Of a stretch of 64,000 bases of DNA, positions 57,617 through 64,000 are shown piece by piece; position 1 is the first letter of the stretch; each line of letters begins with the position of its first letter. Origin of the DNA: Longimicrobiales bacterium (lineage in GTDB: Bacteria; Gemmatimonadota; Gemmatimonadetes; Longimicrobiales; Gaopeijiaceae). The notes below the pieces were generated by a model. The model was not told where the DNA came from and did not search any database. It worked only from the letters and a program-made list of their open reading frames with translations. The position numbers and the translations under genes are program-made. Where the stretch lies: the NCBI GenBank assembly GCA_965243805.1, contig OZ251577.1:839344-903343 (forward strand), given 5' to 3'.

Positions 57617-58584
57617 AGGTCGCCATCTACGGCGCCGGAGCGACAGGCGGCTATTTGGGACTTCACTTGGCGCGCTCGGGGGTGGACACGACTCTGATCG
57701 CCCGAGGTCCTCACTTGGCCGCCATGCAGCGCAACGGGGTCACTGTTCTGGCCGACGGCGACGCCCTGAACGCACGGCCCCTCTGCACCGACGACCCAGC
57801 GGAAGCCGGCCCGCAGGACTATGTGATCGTCGCACTCAAAGCCCACTCGGTACCGACGGTCGTGGAAGCGATGCAACCCCTTCTGGGACCCGACACGGCG
57901 GTCGTCACCGCCCAGAACGGCGTGCCCTGGTGGTACTTCCACAAAGCCGGCGGCCCGCTGGAGGGGCATCGGCTGGAGAGCGTGGACCCTGGCGGGCGAC
58001 AGTGGGACGGGATCGGACCCCAGCGCGCAATCGGCTGCGTCGTCTACGCCGCAACCGAGATATCGGAGCCGGGCGTGATCCGCCACAACTACGGCAACCG
58101 CTTCACTCTAGGCGAGCCGTCCGGCGAAAAGACCCCCCGGGTGAAGGCGCTGAGCCGCGCCCTGATCGCCGCCGGGTTGCGCGCGCCCGTGCGCTCGATC
58201 CGGGACGAGATCTGGGTGAAGCTCTGGGGCAACGTCTCCTTCAACCCCATCAGCGCGCTGACGCTGGCCACTCTGGACCGGATCGCCGGCGAGCCCGACA
58301 CCCGCGCCGTCGCCAAGGCGATGATGACGGAGGCCAAGGAGGTCGGCGAGGCACTGGGCATCCGCTTCCGAATCGACTTGGAGAGACGCCTGGACGGCAC
58401 AGCGTCCGTCGGCGCACACCGCACGTCGATGTTGCAGGACCTTCAGGCGGGCCGCACGATGGAGATCGACGCCATCGTCGCGTCCGTCCAGGAGATGGGA
58501 CGCTTGGTGGGCGTGGCGACACCGACGATCGACGTGGTGCTGGCCCTGGTGCGGCAACGGGCGGCGGTGGCTGGGCTGTACTAG
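57613..58584 (+). CDS. panE: 2-dehydropantoate 2-reductase (ketopantoate reductase, PanE/ApbA family), 323 aa
   Basis: A GTG start overlaps the ligase stop (GTGA). The Rossmann motif is IYGAGATGGYLG and the C-terminal ApbA domain is present. Confidence 0.7.
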   Translation: MKVAIYGAGATGGYLGLHLARSGVDTTLIARGPHLAAMQRNGVTVLADGDALNARPLCTDDPAEAGPQDYVIVALKAHSVPTVVEAMQPLLGPDTAVVTAQNGVPWWYFHKAGGPLEGHRLESVDPGGRQWDGIGPQRAIGCVVYAATEISEPGVIRHNYGNRFTLGEPSGEKTPRVKALSRALIAAGLRAPVRSIRDEIWVKLWGNVSFNPISALTLATLDRIAGEPDTRAVAKAMMTEAKEVGEALGIRFRIDLERRLDGTASVGAHRTSMLQDLQAGRTMEIDAIVASVQEMGRLVGVATPTIDVVLALVRQRAAVAGLY

Positions 58585-58699
58585 CCGGACGGTCTGCACC
58601 GCTACCAACAGGGCCGGGCTACGGGCTTGCCCGCCATGGTACCTTATCCCCGTCCCATCGCTCCACAGCCGTCCTCCGTCCCGCGGCCATGGTGGACCC

Positions 58700-61645
58700 A
58701 TGCCAGCCAACAGCGAAGCCACGATCAACGTCCATTTGGGCGATGTGCTGCGGACCAAGCACCCGGCTTGGCGCGAAGGGATCGGCACGGAGCAGTCGCA
58801 GGTCTTTCGCAAGGCGGCTCGCCGTCCCGACATCGTGGTGCGCCACCCAGGGCGGCAGGTCGTGGTCGTGGAGACCGAGTTCGCTCCGGGCCGCCAAGTC
58901 GAAGCCGACGCACGTGCTCGCTTGGGCGAGGTTGTCGAAGCCACCGACGGCGAGGTGGAGCAGGCCGTTGCCGTCCTCTTGCCGGAGGACCTGAAGGAAG
59001 GGCAGGACGGATTGGCAGAACGGGTCGCCGGAGCGCGGTTTCGGTACGCGGTGTTCTCGGATGCGCCCGGGACGCCGGAACGGTGGCCCGAGTCGGGGTG
59101 GCTGTCCGGCGGCGTGGACAACTTGGCGACCTGCATCGAGCACGCCTCCCTCTCGGCGAAGAAGATCGCCGAGGGCGCGCAGAAGCTGGAAGAGGGCGTC
59201 AAGCAAGCGGCAGCCCTGCTCGAGGAGCTAGCAGCATGGCGCAAGACCGACACGCTCGACTTGATCGCCGCCACGCTCCATCAGGAGAAGAGCACGCAGA
59301 CAACCCGCATGGCGATGGCGATCGTCGCCAACGCGCTGACGTTCCACAGCAACATTGCGGGCGCCCACGGCATTCCGGGCCTGGACCGGCTTCGCTACGA
59401 AGGTCGCTCCGAACTGGACCAAGCCCAGCTGCTCGAGTGCTGGCGCTTCGTGCTGCGGGAGATCAACTACTGGCCGATCTTCAAGATCGCCATCGACCTG
59501 CTCTCGCCGATCCCGGTCTACATGGCAGGCAAGGTACTGCCTCGACTGGAGAAGGCGGCGAACCATTTGGCGACCACCGGCGTTGCCAGCACCCACGATC
59601 TCTCGGGCCAGATGTTTCAGCGTCTGATCGTGGACCGCAAGTTCCTCGCCACCTTCTACACCTTGCCGGCCTCGGCAACGCTGCTGGCGGAGCTCGCGGC
59701 GTTTAGGCTGGCCGTGGACTGGAACGACGCGGGAGCCGTGTCGCGTCTACGAATCGCCGACTTGGCGTGCGGCACCGGCATGTTGCTTCAAGCGGCCTAC
59801 CAAGCCGTGCGGATGCGGCACCGCCACTGCGGACGGGACGACGCGGACCTTCACCCCGCAATGATGGAGAAGGTCCTTTTCGCCGCCGACATCATGCCCG
59901 CAGCCACTCACCTCACGGCCTCAACCCTGTCCGGCGCGCACCCCACCGTCACGTTCGCCGGCACCCGAATCGTGACGATGCCCTACGGCGAGCAGCCCGA
60001 GGAGACGGGCCGTCCGCTCTCGATCGGCTCGCTGGACCTGTTGGCCGGCGGGACGGCGCGGTCCGTACTGGGCACCGGCCCCAGCGGCGCGCAGATCGAC
60101 GTCTTCGGCACTGGCCGCAAGCAGGTTCGGGGCACCGGCGATGCCGTTGAAGCCGCCGACCCGCATTCGGTGGAGTTCGCTCACGGGAGCGGCGACCTGC
60201 TGATCATGAACCCGCCCTTCACCCGGCCCACCAACCACGAGTCCGCCACGGTCCCGGTGCCCTCGTTCGCAGGGTTCGACACCTCCCAGGCCGAACAACG
60301 GGCGATGTCGGGCGAGCTGGCGAAGCTTCGCAAGGGGTTGGACTCGCCGGCGGGCGCGGGGAACGCCGGGCTGGCGTCGTACTTCGTGGACCTGGCCCAT
60401 GTGAAGACGAAGCCCGGCGGCGTGATCGCGCTGGTGCTGCCCGCATCGTTCGTGCAGGGCGGATCGTGGGCGGCGGCACGGACGCTGGTGGAGCACCATT
60501 ACGAGGACCTGGTGGTGGTGACGATCGCAGCCAGCGGCAACACGGACCGCGCGTTCTCTGCCGACACGGGGATGGCCGAGACGCTGGTGGTGGGGACCAA
60601 GAAGCGCGACCTGGACTCGCCGTGCGGTGACGTCTTGTTCGTGAACCTTCTGCGCCGGCCCCGCAGCTTGGCCGAAGCCGCAGCTGTGGCAGCCACAGTC
60701 CGCGACCTGCCCGCCGACCGTCCGAGCGGACGCTTCTTCCTGGGCGAACTTGCCGAGGTGGGAACCTTCGTCCGGGCACCGTTGGTCGAGGGGGGCTGCG
60801 CAGGGTTGCGCGAGCCCGCGCTGGCCGACGCCATGCTGACATTGCAACAGGGCGTGCTCACGCTTCCGCGCTCCAACGACCGCCAGGCGATTCCCGTGAC
60901 CCGGCTGGACGAACTGGGCAGTCGAGGCAGGCTAGACCGCGACATCTCGGGTAAGCACCCCGACGGCACGCCCCGAGGACCCTTCGACATCGTCGTCGCG
61001 CGCACCATGCCGCTGTACCCGGTTCTGTGGTCGCACGACGCGAAACAGGAGCGCAGCCTAGTGGTCGCCCCGCGCCAGGAGGGCTTGATTCGAGAGGGCC
61101 TGAGGGAACAAGCGGTGAACCTCTGGCAAGCCACGGCAACCCGGCTGCACTTCAGTCGCGACTTCCGCCTCAACTCCCAGAGCTTGGCGGCGTGCTTGAC
61201 GCCGGCCAAGTGCATCGGCGGAACCGCCTGGCCCAACTTCGTCGCGGCGAAGGAGGAGTGGGAGAAGCCGCTGACGCTCTGGGCCAACAGCACCCTGGGG
61301 CTGATTTGCTTCTGGTGGGTCGGCACGCGCCAGCAACAAGGGCGGGCCCGACTCACGATCAGCCGCCTGCCCGATCTGCCGGTACTCGATCCCCGGCACC
61401 TGTCGGAGGCGCAGGTCAGCATCGCTGTTCGGACCTTCGACGAGTTCAGCGACCGGGAGCTGCTACCCGCCAACGAGGCGTACCGGGACGAAGTCCGTCA
61501 CGAACTGGACCGGGCTCTGCTGGTGGACGTGCTGGGGTTGCCCCCCGCGTTTCTTGGTCCCCTAGCCGCCCTGCGCGATGCATGGTGCGCCGAGCCCACG
61601 GTGCATGGGGGCAAGACGACCCGGCCAGGCCGAAAGCCGACCTAA
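58700..61645 (+). CDS. Gamma-class N6-adenine methyltransferase-domain protein with an N-terminal restriction-endonuclease-like region (MmeI-like type IIG / PglX-related), 981 aa; paralogue 1
   Basis: Motif I is RIADLACGTGMLL and motif IV is LLIMNPPFTRP. The N-terminal ...RRPDIVVRHPGRQVVVVETEF... resembles a PD-(D/E)xK-like core. Confidence 0.6.
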   Translation: MPANSEATINVHLGDVLRTKHPAWREGIGTEQSQVFRKAARRPDIVVRHPGRQVVVVETEFAPGRQVEADARARLGEVVEATDGEVEQAVAVLLPEDLKEGQDGLAERVAGARFRYAVFSDAPGTPERWPESGWLSGGVDNLATCIEHASLSAKKIAEGAQKLEEGVKQAAALLEELAAWRKTDTLDLIAATLHQEKSTQTTRMAMAIVANALTFHSNIAGAHGIPGLDRLRYEGRSELDQAQLLECWRFVLREINYWPIFKIAIDLLSPIPVYMAGKVLPRLEKAANHLATTGVASTHDLSGQMFQRLIVDRKFLATFYTLPASATLLAELAAFRLAVDWNDAGAVSRLRIADLACGTGMLLQAAYQAVRMRHRHCGRDDADLHPAMMEKVLFAADIMPAATHLTASTLSGAHPTVTFAGTRIVTMPYGEQPEETGRPLSIGSLDLLAGGTARSVLGTGPSGAQIDVFGTGRKQVRGTGDAVEAADPHSVEFAHGSGDLLIMNPPFTRPTNHESATVPVPSFAGFDTSQAEQRAMSGELAKLRKGLDSPAGAGNAGLASYFVDLAHVKTKPGGVIALVLPASFVQGGSWAAARTLVEHHYEDLVVVTIAASGNTDRAFSADTGMAETLVVGTKKRDLDSPCGDVLFVNLLRRPRSLAEAAAVAATVRDLPADRPSGRFFLGELAEVGTFVRAPLVEGGCAGLREPALADAMLTLQQGVLTLPRSNDRQAIPVTRLDELGSRGRLDRDISGKHPDGTPRGPFDIVVARTMPLYPVLWSHDAKQERSLVVAPRQEGLIREGLREQAVNLWQATATRLHFSRDFRLNSQSLAACLTPAKCIGGTAWPNFVAAKEEWEKPLTLWANSTLGLICFWWVGTRQQQGRARLTISRLPDLPVLDPRHLSEAQVSIAVRTFDEFSDRELLPANEAYRDEVRHELDRALLVDVLGLPPAFLGPLAALRDAWCAEPTVHGGKTTRPGRKPT

Positions 61646-61693
61646 GCCGCGAGCCAGCCCAAGCCAGAGAGCCAGCCAACCCAACAGTGACGT

Positions 61694-61717
61694 GACAAAT
61701 TCCGGGTAGAATTTGTC
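61694..61717. promoter_or_regulatory. Perfect AT-rich palindrome gacaaattc-N6-gaatttgtc, 25 nt upstream of the second paralogue. It is a candidate operator.
   Basis: Read directly from the sequence. It stands out in a 70%-GC background. Confidence 0.5.
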
Positions 61718-61741
61718 CGAGAATCTGTCGAACGGGGCCCC

Positions 61742-64000
61742 ATGCCAGCCAACAGCGAAGCCAGGGTCAACGTCCAGTTGGGCGAACTCTTGCGCACCAA
61801 GCATCCGGGCTGGCGCGACGGAATCGGTACGGAGCAGTCCCAGGTCTTCCGCGAGGCGGCGCGCCGGCCCGACATCGTGGTGCGGCATCCCGGCGGCCAA
61901 GTCGTGGTCGTGGAGACCGAGTTCGCTCCCGGTCCCGGCGTCGAGTCGGACGCCTGTGCTCGTCTGGGCGCCGTCGTCAAGGAGACGAACGGGGAAGTGG
62001 AGCAGACCGTCGCCGTCCTGCTGCCGGAGGAGTTGAAGCACGACCAGCGCCGCTTGGCCGAGCGCGTCGCCGGAGCGCAGTACCGGTACGCCGTCTTCTC
62101 GGGCGCACCGGAGGCGCCGGAGCGCTGGCCCGAGTCGGGCTGGCTGTCCGGCGGCGTGGACGACTTGGCGACCTGCATCGAGCACGCCTCTCTCTCGGAG
62201 AAGAAGGTCGCCGAGGGGGCCCGCGTCCTCGAAGAGGGCGTCAGCCAAGCGGCGGCCCGGCTGAGGGAGCAGGTGGCTTGGCGCAAGACGGACACGCTGG
62301 ATCGCATCGCAGCCACGCTGCATCAGGAGGAGAGCGAGCAGACCACCCGCATGGCGATGGCCGTCGTCGCCAACGCGCTGACCTTCCACAACAACATCGC
62401 CGGCGTCCACGGCGTCCCCGGTCTCGACGAACTGCGCGACCATCGTGGGCTGAGCAAGACCAAGCTGCTGGACTGCTGGCGCTTCGTGCTCCGCGAGATC
62501 AACTACTGGCCGATCTTCAAGATCGCGTCGGACCTGCTGCTGCCGATCCCGGTGTACATGGCGTGCCACGTCATGGACCGGCTCGAGAGCGTCGCGGTTC
62601 GCCTGGCAACCAGCGGCGTCGCGGGAACGCACGATCTCCTGGGCCAGATGTTCCAGCGCTTGATCGTGGACCGGAAGTTCCTCGCCACCTTCTACACGTT
62701 GCCGGCCTCCGCGACGCTGCTGGCCGAGCTTGCGGTGCCGCGCTTGAAGGTGGAGTGGGGCGACGCCGAGGCCGTGAGCCGCTTGCGGATCGCCGATTTG
62801 GCCTGCGGGACCGGGATGCTCCTGCAAGCGGCCTATCAGTCGGTGCGAATGCGGCACCGGCACCAGGGGAAGGACGACGCCGCCCTGCACTCGGCGATGA
62901 TGGAGCGGGCCCTCTTCGCCGCCGACATCATGCCCGCGGCGACTCACCTCACCGCGTCGGCACTCTCGGGCGCGCACCCCAGCGTCACCTTCGCGGGCAC
63001 CCGCATCGCAACGATGCCCTACGGCGAACAGCCGTCGGAGACCGGCTGGCCGCTCTCAATTGGGTCGCTGGACTTGCTGGCCGGCGACACGGCGCGGTCC
63101 GTGCTCGGCACTGGTCCCGGTATGCAGATCGACGCCTTCGGCACCGGCCGTGCGCAGGTTCGAGGTAAGGAAGAGGCGGGCGCAGGGGCAGAGGACGCGG
63201 ACCCCCACTCCGTGGAACTCGCCCACGAGAGCGGCGACCTGCTGATCATGAACCCGCCCTTCACCCGGCCCACGAACCACGAGTCCGCCACGGTCCCGGT
63301 GCCCTCGTTCGCAGGTTTCGACACGTCGCAGGCCGAACAGAAGGCCATGTCGAGCAAGCTGGCCAAGCTGCGCAAGGGGCTGGACTCGCCGGCAGGCGCG
63401 GGCAACGCCGGGCTGGCGTCGTACTTCGTGGACTTGGCCCATGTGAAGACGAAGCCCGGCGGCGTGATCGCGCTGGTGCTGCCCGCATCGTTCGTGCAGG
63501 GCGGATCGTGGACGGCGGCGCGAGCACTGCTGGAGCGCCGCTACGAGGACCTGGTGGTGGTGTCGATCGCGGCCAGTGGCAGCACGGACCGGGCGTTCTC
63601 GGCCGACACTGGGATGGCCGAGGTGCTGGTGGTCGGCACCCGGAAGCGCAACCCGGACTCGCCCTCGGGAGACACGCTCTTCGTCAACCTTCTGCACCGG
63701 CCCCGCAGCTTGGCGGAGGGCGGAGCAGTAGCCAGTGCAGTATGCGATCTGCCGACCGATCGGCGGAGTGGCCGCTTTCGCCTGGGCGACCTAGCTGAGG
63801 TCGGGACCTTCATCCGCGCGCCCCTGGCCGAAGGAGGCTGCGCAGGGTTGCGCGAGCCGGCACTGGCCGACGCCATGCTGACGCTGCAGAAGGGCGTGCT
63901 GACGCTTCCGCGGACTGCGGATCGTCCCGCGGTCCCCGTGACTCGGCTAGGTGAACTGGGTCGCCGAGGCAGACTGCACCGCGACATCTCGGGCAAGCAT
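61742..64000 (+). CDS. Paralogue 2 of the 981-aa methyltransferase / restriction-like protein (about 85% identical to paralogue 1). It is truncated by the window end.
   Basis: It shows the same motifs (DLACGTGMLL, LLIMNPPF) and is collinear with the upstream copy. Confidence 0.6.
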   Translation, partial: MPANSEARVNVQLGELLRTKHPGWRDGIGTEQSQVFREAARRPDIVVRHPGGQVVVVETEFAPGPGVESDACARLGAVVKETNGEVEQTVAVLLPEELKHDQRRLAERVAGAQYRYAVFSGAPEAPERWPESGWLSGGVDDLATCIEHASLSEKKVAEGARVLEEGVSQAAARLREQVAWRKTDTLDRIAATLHQEESEQTTRMAMAVVANALTFHNNIAGVHGVPGLDELRDHRGLSKTKLLDCWRFVLREINYWPIFKIASDLLLPIPVYMACHVMDRLESVAVRLATSGVAGTHDLLGQMFQRLIVDRKFLATFYTLPASATLLAELAVPRLKVEWGDAEAVSRLRIADLACGTGMLLQAAYQSVRMRHRHQGKDDAALHSAMMERALFAADIMPAATHLTASALSGAHPSVTFAGTRIATMPYGEQPSETGWPLSIGSLDLLAGDTARSVLGTGPGMQIDAFGTGRAQVRGKEEAGAGAEDADPHSVELAHESGDLLIMNPPFTRPTNHESATVPVPSFAGFDTSQAEQKAMSSKLAKLRKGLDSPAGAGNAGLASYFVDLAHVKTKPGGVIALVLPASFVQGGSWTAARALLERRYEDLVVVSIAASGSTDRAFSADTGMAEVLVVGTRKRNPDSPSGDTLFVNLLHRPRSLAEGGAVASAVCDLPTDRRSGRFRLGDLAEVGTFIRAPLAEGGCAGLREPALADAMLTLQKGVLTLPRTADRPAVPVTRLGELGRRGRLHRDISGKH

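Noticed and set aside
58585-58699. Restriction-site-like palindromes (ccatgg, ggtacc) upstream of paralogue 1 as an operator
   Set aside because: They are short 6-bp palindromes expected by chance in GC-rich DNA. Unlike the 9-6-9 AT-rich palindrome upstream of paralogue 2, they do not stand out.
1-64000. rRNA, tRNA, tmRNA, integrase or transposase genes
   Set aside because: No cloverleaf-like or rRNA-like conserved stretches were recognised by eye. No ORF shows DDE, tyrosine-recombinase or serine-recombinase motifs. Absence cannot be proven without tRNAscan or Infernal.

Overview
This is a 64 kb window of very GC-rich (about 70%) bacterial chromosome with high coding density. The gene content suggests a Gram-negative, lipoprotein-rich organism, possibly Gemmatimonadota or Acidobacteriota-like, but I cannot confirm this. 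I found no rRNA, tRNA, CRISPR array, integrase or transposase. A large set of long ORFs antisense to real genes are GC-driven artefacts and are not reported as genes. The first 41 kb looks like ordinary chromosome: a translationally coupled patatin / acyl-CoA dehydrogenase / heme A synthase / DUF420 operon, an ECF sigma factor, three TonB-dependent receptors (one behind a cobalamin riboswitch), an 8-heme cytochrome c fused to TPR repeats, a lipoprotein / sugar-transferase / cardiolipin-synthase / RsmC-like operon, a pstSCAB operon with two PstB copies, a flotillin plus NfeD pair, and a PQQ quinoprotein dehydrogenase. From about 41.8 kb to the window end the character changes. GC drops in patches and DNA-modification and defence-like genes accumulate. 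The most interesting part is an operon on the minus strand at 45.6-54.6 kb. It encodes a 1169-aa PglX/DrmMI-like N6-adenine methyltransferase, a 255-aa unknown protein, a fused XRE-HTH plus ImmA/IrrE zinc-peptidase regulator, and a 1201-aa PLD(HKD)-SNF2 helicase fusion. I see no PglZ, BrxC or DrmA/DrmB partner, so it does not fit canonical BREX or DISARM. The methyltransferase gene also carries two very long homopolymer tracts (G17 near its 5' end and C26 near its 3' end) that look like phase-variation switches. Two other candidate systems lie nearby: a low-GC two-gene module at 41.8-43.8 kb (an OLD/AbiEii-like ABC ATPase plus a 182-aa unknown protein), and two tandem 981-aa paralogues at 58.7-64 kb that resemble MmeI-like type IIG restriction-modification enzymes. 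Scattered through the window are many short tandem duplications at gene starts, an 11-bp repeat of about 9.7 copies in a divergent promoter, and a six-frame-stop motif present in inverted orientation at 7.24 kb and 55.9 kb. All coordinates come from ORF-track ends plus codon arithmetic and may be off by 1-2 nt.
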